Assembly (NCBI RefSeq): GCF_009914755.1
Contig: NC_060940.1
DNA length: 64,000 nucleotides
Reading direction: 5' to 3' (one strand)
Origin: the human T2T-CHM13v2.0 reference genome, Homo sapiens
Within the stretch, counting starts at the first letter, position 1. Every line of letters starts with the position of its first letter. A model generated the notes under the pieces. It saw only the letters and a list, made by a program, of their open reading frames with translations. It did no database searches and had not been told where the DNA came from. Position numbers and translations under genes: made by a program. This document shows, piece after piece, positions 12,713 to 28,026 of the stretch.

Positions 12713-13900
12713 TCACTCGACAGCCCCTTTTTACCCAAGGCCTAGTCCCTAGGTCATCTTTTCAAGGTTTAGTTTCTGGGAAATTTTCAGAAAACCTATC
12801 TCATGCTTTGTCCCAGTTTGTTTTTGTTTTGGAGAAGGTGAACATCTTCAATTGAGGAGGAATTGCCTGTCCTCAAGCCTACGTGTGTCTGCTAAAGCTA
12901 AAGCAAAATTGGAGTTTTCATTCCTCCACCATCCTTCCCCAGGCCCTCTTCTTTTTTCCAACCCACCTCCTCAAACATCTTCTGACTTTTGTTGCTGTCA
13001 GTAATTTCAGAATGAACAGATGCAGGTGCATCAACTCTTTGGAAGTGTTCTTCACTTCCAATAGGCTCCTTACTTTTTCCAGCTGTATCTTTATGTTTCA
13101 GGTTCTTCAATGTCTATTCATCTTCATAGTCTGTATAATGTAAAACATACTTTACTCACATTTTAAAAATTATTTTCTTATTTCCAACTCTTTTTTCCCC
13201 TACTTAGCTGTAAACAATTAATTCAATAAACAATTCTCTCTCTTATCAAGGTGAAAGTGAGTTCCAACCTGCTGTGGTTCACAGCCATCACAAGTATCAC
13301 TGCCAGGGTGAATGTGAAAGGGTAACCTAGTCTCTCCAATTTTCATTTCATGTCTATGCTTAGGTACATAAGGCTCACATTTAGTTGTCAGCCGAACAAT
13401 CCGTTTTCCATTAACAATTGTTTCATTTTGACTGCCTTGATATACAAGGACATAACTTTGTAAATCATGGTCAGAATAAATTTTTGCTGAAACTTACTGA
13501 CAGCAACTTCAGGAATTCAAAGAGTATGCTCCAGATCATTTTCTCTTCCAATTGTAGCAGGTTTTACAGCAGTAATGATAAAGAGTGATCCTGTATACAA
13601 CAAGGGTGATCTAATGATAATTAATACACGGGGGCCAAGATTTTTTCTTACTTGCCTCCTCAGTGTCTTCTGCAGTTACATTGCCTTCACTGGTCATGAG
13701 AGGAGGGGCTGTGGTAGGGCCTTGAAGGACGCCTGTGGAGCCAGAGGCCATTGGATTGCAGGCAGCCAAGAGCTACCTCGCCCCTGCTATCTGCTGTGGC
13801 CCTCGCCGGGATGCGATGCCCTGACATGGGTTGCCTGGAGCTGTGCGCAATGAGCAAGGGGACGGCTGATGGCCCTCCCAGATCTGCATGGCCTGGAAAC
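12713..13900 (-). pseudogene. AGGF1P: AGGF1 processed pseudogene (FHA and G-patch half of the CDS, with a 5'UTR-like segment; 3'UTR continues leftwards)
   Basis: Minus strand reads MTSEGNVTAED...WPPCI, then after a frameshift IIRSPLLYTGSLFIITAVKPATIGRENDLEHTL*IPEV (FHA), and DAPASVHSEITDSNKSQKMFEEVGWKKEEGLGKDGGGMKTPI (G-patch). Intronless, with stops and frameshifts; terminal stop at 12715-12713. Confidence 0.93.
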
Positions 13901-14079
13901 CATAAAACTCTTGGGAACTATCACATCTTCCCCAGCTACAGGAAGAATAGAAGTAGTGTTGGAGAAGTCAAGGGGTCAGAAGTACTGGGGGCGTTCCCAG
14001 GTTCAGCCAGAAACAGTTCACAAGAGAGTTTTAAATAAAGTGTACCTGTGGCTAAATATGACCTACTGATTACTCTTAA

Positions 14080-16070
14080 TTTTTTCGCCACATTTATTGA
14101 GCTATGATTTACATATTGAAAAGTATGTATGTTTAGGGTGTACAATAGAGTGCTTTTAGATGTGTATATATCTTTAAATTACCTCAAGCTGGTTAACATA
14201 TCTATCCCCACACATAGTTACCTTATACGTTTCTGTGTATGTGGTGAGGGCACCTGAGATCTACTTTTGTAAACAAATTTCAAGTACAGGTTATTATTAG
14301 CTATAGTCACCATTCTGCACATAAGGTCCCCAGAAGTTTTTTATTATGTAACTGAAGGTATGCACCCTTCGATGGGTATCTCCCCACTTTTCCCCAATTC
14401 TTAGCCCATGGTAACTACCATTCTAGTCTCTGTTTCATTTTTTCTTTCTTTCTTTCTTTTTCTTTCTTTCTTTAAGATTTCACATTAAAATGAGATCAAG
14501 CAGTATTTGTCTTTCTGTATTTCGCTTATTTCACTTAGCATAATGTCTTCAAGGTTCATCAACATTGTTGTAAATGAAACAATTTCATTCTTTATTAAAG
14601 CTGAAATTATCTCTTTCTCACAGTTTACCTATTTATTTGTATCAGAGGAGTGCAGGTACGCTTGGTGATACTAATTTTATGTCTATTGGCTGTATACTCC
14701 AAATTGGGATTAAAGATACTTCTAGTTTAAAAATTTTAAGGAACCTCCCTACTGGTTTTCTTGTTTGTTTTTTTGTGTTGTTTTTTTGTTTATAATGGCT
14801 GCACCAGTGAGCATGTTCAGCAATGGTGGACAAATATTCTCCTTTCTCTGCACCCTAACACTTTTTGTATTTTGAATTTTTGATAATAGCTGTGCTAACA
14901 CCACGATGAGGTGATATCTCATTGTGATTTTGATTTTCATTACTTTGATAATTAGCAATGTTGAGAATCTTTTTATATACCTGCTGGCCACTTGTATGTC
15001 TTTGGGAAAACATCTATTCAGATATTTTGCCCAGTTTATCAGGAAATTGGTTTTTGTTTTGTTCTGCTGTGAGTTTTTTTTTCCACATTGACTAGTGTTA
15101 TGTATATTTTGGATAGCAACATCTTATCCTACATATGGTTTACAAATATTTTCTTCCATCCCATATATTGTCTTTATATTTTGTTGATTGTTTTCTTTAT
15201 TGTGGAGAAAGTTTTTACTTTGATATAGCTCCACTTTTTTATTTTTGCATTAGTTGCTTGTGTTCTTTCTGTCAAAGCCAAAACATCGTTGCCACCACCA
15301 GTGTCAAGGAGCTTTCTCCCTGTTTTTTTTTTTAGAGGATTCATTATTTCAGTTCTAATGTTTATGTCTTTATTTTAAACTCATTTTTGTGATAAGAGAA
15401 GGCTTTACTTTTTTGTGTGTGCATAGCTAGTTTTTTCTAACACCATTTCTTGATGTGTCTATCTTTTCCTAATTTGGTGGGATCAGTTTACTGTATATGT
15501 GTGAATTTATTTCTGGGTCCTCTATTCTATTCCATTTGTTTCTATGTAGGTACTATACTTTCTTGATGAGTATAGCTTTGTAATATTGTTTGAAATCAAG
15601 AAGTTTGAGGCTTTCAGCCTTTTTATTCTTCTCAATATTTGGCTATTTGGGGTCTTTTGTGGCTCCATACTAATTTTACAAATGTTTGTTTTACATTTAT
15701 TTTAATGGCATTAAAATTTTGATAGAAATTTATTTAACTGTAGATAACTTTATGTAGTATAGATATTTTAACAATGTTAATTTTTAGAATCGATGAACAC
15801 AGGATATATTTTCCATTTTGTATTCTTCAATTTTTTATCATCATTTTATAGTTTTCAGTATGCAGATCTTTACTATTCTTCGTTAAACTCATTCTATTTA
15901 ATGACTTAAGTATTTAATTCTATTTGATAATATTGTAAATGGAATTGTTTTCTTTATTCCTTTCTCAGATACTTTGTTGTTACTGTACAAAAATGCAACT
16001 GATTTTCATGTTAATATTGTATCCTGTAAGTTTATTGAATTTGTTTTTCAGCTATAACATGGTTTTGTTG
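14080..16070 (-). mobile_element. Old L1 (L1M-type) 3' portion
   Basis: Degenerate ORF2 C-terminus (KRFSTLLIIKVMKIKITMRYHL) and L1M-like 3'UTR. Confidence 0.8.
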
Positions 16071-16696
16071 TTGTTTTTGGCAAAGTGGTGGGTATTTTTA
16101 AGGCTAGTTATACTTTACATGGATAGTTGCTACTATCATTCTTTAAAATATGACCACAAGGGTTTCTGTTGTCATGACTTCAGTGGAATTCAGATCTTCC
16201 CATTTGAAATAATTTTGTCGGTTTTGCCTGGGCCCCGGGATGGGTGGGGGGGCCACCCCACGGGAGTCGGGAGATTCAGGATAAGGAGGGAGAAGCGGTC
16301 AGGGAGGAGGCTGAGCGCGGAAAGCAGACAGGCTCCAGGGACAGCAGGGAGGAGAGGGATTCCTGTCAGTGACCCAGTGGGGAGAGAGAATGGGCCAGAA
16401 GAGGGGAAAGGGTGGGAGTGGGCATCAGGACTGCTTCCTGACACGGGTGGGGGGCAGGGAACTTTGCTAAAACTGCAGGCCCCAGGGAACAGTGCAGGTA
16501 GGGTGGGAGGGAGTAGAGAAGACCAGGCGGACCCCAAAGTCATTTGAGAAAGGGGTATTTCCCAGTTCCTTCACCTCTGCCCAGCGTTCTGTGGGCATGG
16601 ACCCCAGGGCCAGGGTAGGGGAGGAGGCGGCTCCTGGCATGCAGGGAGAGCTGAGGAGCGCACACCCGCTTTGTAGGGCGGTGTGATGGTGGAAGC

Positions 16697-17317
16697 AAGT
16701 GAAGGCTGAGGATACCGTTGGCTCAGTGGATGGGCTCGGGGGGCAGGGGTGGGGTCGAGCTCACAGGGCCCAGCACCCGGACCTGCAGGTGGCCCTGGAG
16801 GAATCCACCCGCCCGTGCCTTCCAAGAGACCAGTGTGCGAGGCGCCGCGGACACGCCTTTTCTAGCTGGAACATTTGTGAGGCTGGAATTTAAGCTCTGG
16901 CAGACAGGCGGCAGAAGAAGGACTGGAAGAAACCCAAGTGCAAAGTCCAGCCCAAGGAGAGGAAGCGGAAATGCCTGGCCTGGTCAAACTGTGCTCTGAC
17001 TAGAAGATTCTGGGCTGGATGGTCACCGTCCTATAGAGACGCAGGCTCAGTGGGACTTCGAGGAGCACCAGGGACCCAGTGCAGCAAAGCAGAGCGGGCG
17101 GTGAGGACCCACAGCTACTGCTTCCCTGCACAGTTCGCCTTCTCCAAGGCCCAGCCCCCAGCTGAGCCCAGCAGTGAGTTGCATGGAGCCTCCTGGAACA
17201 CTGCCTCGGGTGACCGGTGGAAGACCCCACCTCCCAGGGAGAGGACCGTACTATGTCCTCAGACAATAAAGCAGCTCCTCCGACCAGAAAAATAAATAAA
17301 TAAATAAAATATAAAAA
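16697..17317 (+). pseudogene. RARRES2P: RARRES2 (chemerin) processed pseudogene
   Basis: Start codon mutated ATG>AAG at 16697. Reads RLRIPLAQWMGSG..VELT, LQVALEE, AFQETSVRGAADTPFLAGTFVRLEFKL, KDWKKPKCKVQPKERKRKCLA, HSYCFPAQFAFSKA. Coding exons are fused; AATAAA near 17264 and an A-rich tail at ~17287-17317. Confidence 0.93.
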
Positions 17318-17784
17318 TGTTGTTTGCTTTTCGAAAATAATTTGTATCCTGTTTACTGGTCAACATACTGCCCATTTCTCTATATGCCTAATTAGTCAAA
17401 CTTTTAAATGAAATTATTTAACATTACGATTTTTATTATGAAACAAAACAGTAAATTTTGTAATGGTTTTAATATCATCTAATAGGATTGAAAATATGTC
17501 AATTTGTCATTGCCAATGAATATTTGTGTTATTTATTTTATACTGTTAGATATTCTGTCTACAAATGTCTAATGGCTTAGAATCTTGCTTAACATATTGT
17601 ATGTGCTAAGTCCTAACTATTCCAATTCATCAAATTATCTTTTTATACCATTCTTAAAAATACAATATTATTTTTTATTTTTATTAAAGTTATTTTTCTA
17701 ATATAAATATTTATGAAAATTATAAAGTCTATTCAGTCTGCCCTCTTGTCAGTTGCCCTCTTGTCAAAACTGAAAAAAAGTCAG

Positions 17785-19720
17785 TTTTTTTCTCTTTATT
17801 AATACACTAGAGGGTATAAATGTAGCTTCATTACAGGGACATGTTGCATAGGGATGAAGTGTGGGCTTCTGTGCAACAATCATCTGAACGGTGCTCATTT
17901 TCCCAGTTAGGTATTTTCTCATTCCTAACCCCTCTACCAACCTCCCATATTTGTGAGTCTCCAGTGTCTATTTTTCCAATCTCTATGTCCAAGTGTATGC
18001 ATTATTGAGCTCCCACTTGTAAGTAAGAAAATGTAGTGCTTTATGTTCTGTTTCTGAATTATTTCACTTACAATAATGGCCTCCAGTTGCATTCATGTTG
18101 CTGCAAAAGACATGATTTTATTCTTTATGGCTGAGTAGTTTTCCATGGAATAAATGTATAGTACATTTTCTTTATCCAATCATTGACTGATAAATTTAAA
18201 CTGACTCCATATCGTTGCTATTGTGAATAGTGCTGCAATAAACATATGAGTGTGGGTATCTTCTTTATGTAATGAATTATTTTCCTTCGGGTAGATACCC
18301 AGTAGAGGAAGTGCAGGATCAAATGGAAATTCCATTTTTAGTTTTTCTGAAAAATCTTTATACTGTTTGCCATAGAGGTTGTAGAAATTTACACTCCCTC
18401 GAACAATGAATAAGTGTTCTCTTTTCTCTGTATCCTTGCCAGTATCTGTCATTTTTCTGCTTTTTAATAATTAGCCATTATGAATGGTATAAAATGGTAC
18501 TTCATTGCGATTTTTAATTGGAATTTCTCTGATCATTGGCAATGTTTAACATTTTTTACATGCTTCTTGGCAATCATTGTCTTCTATTTGAAAAATATCT
18601 GTTCTCATTCTTTGCCTGCTTTATAGTGAGGTTACTTGTTTTATTCTTGTTGTTTGATTTCCTTGTATATTGTAGACATTAGTTCTTTGTCACATGTATA
18701 GTTCACAAACATTTTTCTCATTTCATGGGTTGTCTGCTCACCTGCTAATTAAAAGCTCCTTTTCAGGAACTTTTTAGTTTAATTAAGTTCCATTTGTCTA
18801 TTTTTGTTATTGCTACATCTGCTTTTGAGATCTTGGTCATGAATTATTTGCCCAGGCCAATGTCCAGAAGCATTTATCATTGGGTTTCTTCTAGAATTTT
18901 TATCATTTCAGGTCTAACATTTTAGTCTTTTAATCCATGTTGAGTTGATTTTTTTACATGGTGAGAGTCACGGGTTCCATTTCATACTTCTGCATGTGGT
19001 AATATAATTTTTCAAGCACAACATGTTGAATAGAATGTCATTTTTCCATGTATGCTTTTATTGATTTTGTAAATGATCAGTACGTGGCTTTATTTCTAGG
19101 TTCTCTATTCTCTTACATTGATCTGGGTGTCTATTTGTATCAGTACCATGTTGTGTTGGTTATTCAAGCTTTCTAGTATAATTTTAAGTCAGGTAGTGTA
19201 ATATCTCCAACTTTGTTCTCTTTGCTTAAATGTGCTTTGGCTATTCAGACTTTGCTATGGTTACAAATAAATTTAATTCTTTTGCTAATTCTATGAAAAA
19301 TAACATTGGCATTTTGGTAGGAATTGCATTTAATATGTAGATTTTTGGAGGGCAATATGGTCATTTTAATGATAATTCTTCCAATCCATTAGCAGGGATG
19401 TTTTTCTCATTTGTTTGTATTATGTACAATTTTTTTCATCAATGTTTTGTAGTTTTCCTTGTAGATATCTTTCACCTGTTTGATTAATTGTATTTCCAGG
19501 TACTTTTGTAGCTATTGTAAAAGGAATTGACTTTTTAATTTGGTTCTCAGCTTGATCATTATTAGTGTATAAAAATGCTACTAATTTTTCTACATTGATT
19601 TTTAATAATCCTGAAACATTATTAAATTTCATTTATCCAATCTAAAAGGTTTTTGGTGGTCTTTAGATTTTTCTAGATATAATATTATGTAATCATCAAA
19701 GAGGGACAATTTGACTTCCT
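17785..19720 (-). mobile_element. Old L1 (L1PB/L1MA-like) 3' portion
   Basis: ORF2 remnants EFPFDPALPLLGIYPKE and [26 protein letters not shown]; 3'UTR and T-rich tail at the left end. Confidence 0.85.
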
Positions 19721-21297
19721 AATTAAAACCATATGGATGCTCCCACCAAGATCAACAGACAGGATCTGTGGTGAGGGTACAGGTTATGGTAGGTCTTTAA
19801 AGGGGTCATGTGATTATAGTTGAAAGCCTATTCTGAGAGCCACCTAGAGAAGTATTGCCCCTCAATTTTCAATGCACATATAAATCATTTCTGATTCCAG
19901 GCCTTTTTCTTAGTGATGTGATTTTGCAGTTTTGGAAGGGGTCCGTGAAATAGCTTCTCTAAAAATTCTCCTCTTAATGCTGATGTTTCTCCCACTACAT
20001 CCATGGTAGTAGCAATCATCTAGAGAAAGTAGGCACAGCACACAGAATTCCTGATACCCAACACTCTTACCACAGCACAGAGAGTTTTGGCTCAACGTGG
20101 ACACCACCAATCACCATTTACAAACATGTCATTTTTTGCCAGTTCTTTAAAGATTACAGAGGCTAGAGAAGGCATCAACATTTGAGTAAGTCTGGATTAA
20201 AAAAAAAAAACATGTACACATGAGTTAATACAATGCTTATTAAGCATGTACTATGTGTTCAGAAGTCTGTTACAGACCACTGTGCTGGAAACTTTACATG
20301 ATGTGAGTGAATCCTCATAACACCCTGGGAAGTGGGTGCTGTGTTCCATAATTTCTAGGATTTAGAAGAAGGGCCCAGCATTTCTATTTTTTCTTTCACT
20401 TTTTAAATTTATTTACCTTAAAAAGAAAATGTATGGAATAAAAGCTGTATAGACAGATGAAAGGGATACAGAAAGAAAGGATGAACTGTTCAGAGGGATT
20501 TTTTGGTATTTATATTGACTTTCTTGTGCCTTGTAGAGCAACTACTGGATATGCAAAAATAAAAAACAGGTTGCTAGATGGGATGTCTCTATGGCTTCAA
20601 TGAAAAAGAAATTGTGGCCCACAAATAGATAACTATTTGCTCCCATTTATCTGCTTTTTATTTGCAGGAAATTGGGGGCACCAGCGCAGGAGAGGCAGCA
20701 GGAGTCACCACTCAAATTTCTGATCTCCTTTAATTAGTTCTGTGAGAGGAGATTCTAGGGTGAAGCCAGACCTGGAGGAGGCCTTAGAAGAGGGTGGACC
20801 TGGGGACAGCAGGGACAGAAAGTGGGCCCTATGCATCTCGTGTTCTGCTGGTGGAGTATTTCCAGTTCTGTCTTTCCTAAGCCTGCCTGATAGAATTGAC
20901 TCCTAGAGTTTGTGTAATTTTAATCTATTTTAGCCATTTCCCTGTCAATTTTTATGACACACAATAACAAGGAATTTAACGAAAACTCTTAGGGCTTTTT
21001 TAGGAAAATTATATGAGAAGCTAAAAAAATTATTTTTACTAATGTAAAAGAAATAGAAATAATCACAACAATAGCAATAATTCTTCTGTCCATGAATAGC
21101 CTTTCTGGTGATAATGTTAGAACTCACAACAACAGCATATGGGAAGTGGAACAAATGCAGCCAAAGTCCCCTGTACACCTCCCTTCTCTCTTCTGACCTC
21201 AGAATGTTGAATGCAATCATTTAGCCATTTGCTCTGGAATGAAAGTATCTGGACAGTAGAAACCATGAATGTTTCATCTGTTTTTCCAATGGTCATA

Positions 21298-21551
21298 CGA
21301 TATAGTTTAGATATTTGTTCCAAATCTCATATTGTATTTTAATCCCTAATGTTACAAGTGGGGCCTGGTGGGAGGTGTTTGAATCATGGGGATGGATTCC
21401 TCATGGCTCTGTGCTGTTCTTGTCATGGTGAGTATTCATGAGATCCGGTGGTTTAAAAATGAGGCGTATCCTTATCCCAACTTTCCTGTTCCCACTCCTA
21501 CCATGTGAGATGCCTGCTCATCTTTCATCTTTCACCATGATTGTAAGCTTC
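21298..21551 (+). mobile_element. MaLR LTR (MSTA/MSTB-like), 3'-truncated
   Basis: 'gatatagtttagatatttgttccaaatctcat...ggggcctggtgggaggtg...ccatgattgtaagcttc', then an abrupt break. Confidence 0.8.
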
Positions 21552-21554
21552 TAC

Positions 21555-21970
21555 ATATGTTAATGTTGTTACAAAATTTAACTCAATTTTCTTATAAAAT
21601 TAACTGACAAGATTTCATGTTATTATAAAATCATAAATATAATAAATGAATATATTATGACATCACATTATATTATGATATAATTTGTATGTATTGTGGC
21701 ATCACAGTATGTTATGACATCATAATTCACATGCATCATGATGTCACACTATATTATGACATAATTTGTATGTATTGTGACATAATATATTATGGCATAA
21801 TTCATATGTATTGTGATATAATACATTATGACATCATAATTCATATGTATTATATTACAATATATTATGATTTCATAGTTTTATGTATTATTATGATAGC
21901 ACAGTAACAAAATTTTGTTAGGTAATTTTATAAAATAACTGAGTTAAATTTTGTAAGAACATTAACATAT
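21555..21970. repeat. 61-bp inverted repeat enclosing an AT-rich TATTATGACATCATAAT-type minisatellite
   Basis: 21555-21615 matches the reverse complement of 21910-21970 at 54/61 positions without gaps; the interior is degenerate tandem TATTATGACAT(C)ATAAT units. Confidence 0.9.
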
Positions 21971-23484
21971 AAACTTTATAGAACCGGAGAATATTATCTG
22001 CTATTGTGTGCACAACTGCTTTATGATATTATGATAAAATATCAATATTTGTTTATATATCAAACAAATTTTATGTGATATTATGGTATCAATATATAAT
22101 GATACTATAAGTTCCATTTAAATAATATTTAAATTCAGACAATTAGAGTGTCTGTGTGTCTACCACCCGATATTTTTCTGGGTTCCACTATTTGCACAGA
22201 CAGCAAAGCTAGGAAAACACAGACTCATTCAGCACAGTCTCTTCCCTGAATCTATCCCCTCCTCAGGGCATCAATTCATCAGTCAACCAAGTCAATTGAG
22301 AGTGGAGGCTGAGTTCTCTCTAACATAGAAGGTCTCATTCTTGTATGCTTTTCTCAGAAGGAAAGAAAACAAGAAGGCTTTTGAGGGGACACTTGCTGGG
22401 ACAGGCACTAAGCCTTCTACAGTTTGATAGCTCTAACCAGCAGATACAGACTTCTCAGTAGGAAGGGGTGAGGCAGCTGTCCTGAGCCAGGAGCTCCACC
22501 ATATCGTGTCCCATCCTGTTAAGGCAATTTTGAGAGGCTGCTCTGGAATATGTCTCAATGGTGGATGTAGGGAAACTTCACAGGCTTTGATGGGACTGAG
22601 GTGGTGTCTGTTGTGTGAAGACAGGAGCTGAATGCTCAGGATCTAGGCTGCTTTTCTTGTGGTCAGTTGGGTTACCTGTTTGGGACCAAGTCCATGTTTA
22701 CTAAGGAGGCTGAATAAATTCTACAGAGGAAAGTGGAGCTCCCAGGATGACCGAGGAAGGGTAAGAAAAGGGGTAAGTTTCTCTCTCCACCTAGACTTTT
22801 TGCTACCTCAGGAATCAGGCGCTGATTAAGTTAGCATCTGCTCTAATTAAATAAATTCGATTTGATTGTATTTGATCTAATTATTGTCTAATTAATTGTC
22901 TAATCTCTAATTATTTGAGCCATTTTATTTGGTATTTACTTTTTCTTCATATTTTTATGTTATCATATATGTATCTATTTAATACAATCAACCATAATTT
23001 TAATTTGACATTTCCAAGCATTTGAAAAATTATAATATCTATGTACATGATTTTAACACTATGTGTAATTCTCTTCCTTTGCCAAATGTATGACACATTT
23101 CAATATAGGTATGTTTAATTCTGCATGTTGAAAAATAAACAGTATCATAAATACTTCCAGGTGGAATTGGGACAGAAATTAGAAAAATGATTCCCCTATT
23201 TTCTGATTCCTGTGCCCCTGGCTTTGTTTTTTGTTTGTTTAGGGTTTTTTTACACTATGACAAGACCCAGAAAATGTCCCTCTTTAACTGTGTCTAGGTC
23301 CCTAGTAAAACTACAGCAAGAAACTTTTCTTATGAGGCCCTAATGAGTGGCAAGAAAAAGGAAACTGTTCAGTCAATAGGAGTATGCCACGTCCAGCCAA
23401 GGACATGTAAAAGGCAGGTCCAGCAGAATAACACACAGTCTGAATCTGGATGTGTAAGAGAGAGCACCTTTCACTTGAGCTTAA

Positions 23485-25098
<1,614 letters not shown>

Positions 25099-26052
25099 CC
25101 CCATTCAGCAGAAATTGCAGGTCTTGGAATGAGAGCAAGAACCTGCTATAGGAAAGTAGCTTGAACAATATACTCAAAATGGTGAACCCTGCATTTCACA
25201 GAGGGCTAAGATTATAAACAAATTTTATGTTTCTTGTTAGACATTTGATGTCTTTCAGATGTCTGGTGACAGTCATGCATTTCTATATAATCAGACAAAT
25301 ATTAGGATGTAATCATTCATATGCCTTTGCAAATTTTAAATTGTAGAAAAATAAATAAAAAGTTATATGTTTCTCTTTTAATTCAGAAAAGGCTGTAGCC
25401 TCTAACTTTCCCACGCTGAGCCCATGGAGGACTAATATCCACAAATCTTTAATTGTACTCCCTGTGGGAAAATGTTAATATATTTTTACAGTTTAATAAA
25501 ATTATGGTGAAATCACTCCACAAGGTGTTTACCATTAATATTTTTCCATAAAACTCAGGTCAGTGTATCTTAAATATAATTGATCATACTTATTTATTCT
25601 TTACCTGACTCATATTTGCCTCCTTTTAAATTTTCCATATTTAAACTTTCTTCTATTTTATACATTACAGTTGATTGTACTGTATTGCAGGATATTAAAT
25701 ATAATATAAATATTGTCATTTATTTTATACATTGATAAATTTTATATTTTTTATTCTTGCATTTTACATTGAGATTATGAAAGCCTTCATCATCTAAATT
25801 TATTTTTATTATGTTCTTAATGTCCATATACATAATGATATAAACATTAATGTTTCTGAGAATATTCAATTTTAGATAATTTTATATTTCATCCATAATT
25901 AATTTGTATTACTACCTGTGTGAGTTAGAAGACTGTTTATATTCACTTCTACTTCATTTTCACACTGACCTCTCCACACTCCACAGCTCTTGTTTAGTCA
26001 AAGAATAGCAATTTATCGTTTCAGTTAATGGGGCCAATTCAATAAAAATATA

Positions 26053-26414
26053 TAGATGTACCTTTGAGATATATGGGTTTTGCTCTAGACCAGTGCAATA
26101 AAACAAATATTGCAATAATGTGAGTCACACAATTTTTCTTGCTTCCCAGAACATATAAAAGTTATGTTTACACTATACTGTAGAATAAAATTGAAATAGC
26201 CCATGTTTATATTAAAAATATACATACCTTAATAAAAAATGTACTTTATTGCTAAAAAATGCTGACAGAGGTATACACACACACAAAGATGACATGATGT
26301 TGGAAAAATAGTATTAATAGAGTCATTCAATATAGGGTTGCCAAAACCCTTCAATTTGTAAGAAATCCAACATCTGTGAAGCACAATAAGGTGCTATAAG
26401 ATAAGGTATGCCTG
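26053..26414 (-). mobile_element. Internally deleted Tigger1 DNA transposon
   Basis: Both Tigger1-like termini are present ('agatgtacctttgagatat...' and '...gataaggtatgcctg') within ~360 bp. Confidence 0.75.
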
Positions 26415-26919
26415 TGTCACAGTCAATTTTCATGAGTGATATACTTAGAAATCATACATAAAATATATTTACATATGTATAAAAGTAATTAACAAGATAC
26501 AGAATGTGTGGGAGATAAAAATTACAAAATGATTTATAAAGTAAATTAAAAAGGAGACCAAGCCTTGGAAACATTCCTGAGCAGACAGAATCAGTTAGAC
26601 CTCCCCAGTGACATCATCTTGTTGATTTGCAAAGAAGCAAAACATAATGCGAGCTATTTTTTGTGAATGCCTGTATTAGAAAAACAACAACAACAGAATT
26701 TAAGCTTAAGTTATCAGAAATACTCAAAAAGCTTATAGTAATATATGTCTATAAGGTAAACCAAATAAGACAATTTTATACCTGCAATGAATCAAATAAT
26801 TTTAATATTTTGCTCCCGCATTTCTTCAATACCTCTGACACTTTGCCACTAAAATGGTAAACCTCTTTTGGTCCGGTGTTCCACAATTCATTAGTTGCTT
26901 GTTACTCAAGAAAAAAATG

Positions 26920-27218
26920 TTTTTTGAAACAGGTTCTTGCTCTGTCGCCCGTGCTAGAGTGCATAGATAGAATCAAAGCTCTCTGCAGCCTTACATCCTG
27001 AGCTTAAGCCATCCTCCTGCCTTAGCCTCATGAGTAGCTGGAAATACAGGCATGCACCACTGTACCCAGCTAATTTCTTCTTCTGTTTTGTAGAGCCAGG
27101 GTCTTACTATGTTTCCCAGGCTGGCCTCAACCCCTCTCACTTTGGCTTGTCAAGTAGTCCTCTCACTTTGGCCTCTCAAAGTGCTGGAACCACAGATATG
27201 CATCATCATTCCCTGCCA
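26920..27218 (-). mobile_element. AluJ-like
   Basis: Diverged dimeric Alu on the minus strand. Confidence 0.85.
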
Positions 27219-27666
27219 AGAAAACTTGTATAATTTGTATTGTGCTACAGTTTACTTTTCAACAGGACAAAATAAAATGAACTAGCTATACATAGATCTA
27301 ACAAGAATTTGTAAAATGTATGACAAAGAACATAAAAAGTCTTCGAAATATAGGAAAGTCAGCATAAACAAATAGAAAATCACATCATGTTCTAAAGCAG
27401 AAAAACTCATTATTACTCAATCATCAATTTTTTTAGCAGTAATTAATAAATTTAATTTTGTCCCAATATAGATACCATTTGGTAGTGGAAGCAGGCATTG
27501 TATTGGAGAACTCCTATAGATGAAAACACAAATAAGAACAGCTAAGAAAACTCTGAAAAAATAATTAGAGTGGCTGTCCCACCCTGTGAGACATGTTGAT
27601 TTTTGAATATATAGATAGCTCAGTGGAACTATAAATTCAAAAATAAACCACAGTGCATCAGAAAGT

Positions 27667-28026
27667 GTCTTCATTTGTTCAGATTGCTAAAACAAAATAC
27701 ATTAGACTGGGTCATGTATAAATAACAGAAATGCGTTGGTCACAGTTCTGGAAGCTGGAAAGTTCAAGATCAAAGCACCAGCAAATTTAGTGTCTGGGGA
27801 GGGTCCCATTTCTCATAAATGATGCCTTGTTGCTGTGTCTTCAATGGCAGAAGGGACAAGGGTGCTCCCTTCAACCTCTATTACAGGGTATTAATTACAT
27901 TCATGAGGATGAAGCCCTCCTGAGTTAGTCACTTCCAAAAAGGCTACATGTTTTAAAACTATCACATCAGGGACTAAATTTTTACAAATGAGTTTTTAGA
28001 AGGACACACAAATTTGCATCATAGTA
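27667..28026 (-). mobile_element. MaLR LTR (MLT1A-like)
   Basis: 'cacagttctggaagctggaaagttcaagatcaaagcaccagca...gtgtctggggagggt'. Confidence 0.75.

Noticed and set aside
15939-16547. 202-aa ORF
   Set aside because: Antisense L1 fused to a stop-poor GC block; no homology recognised.
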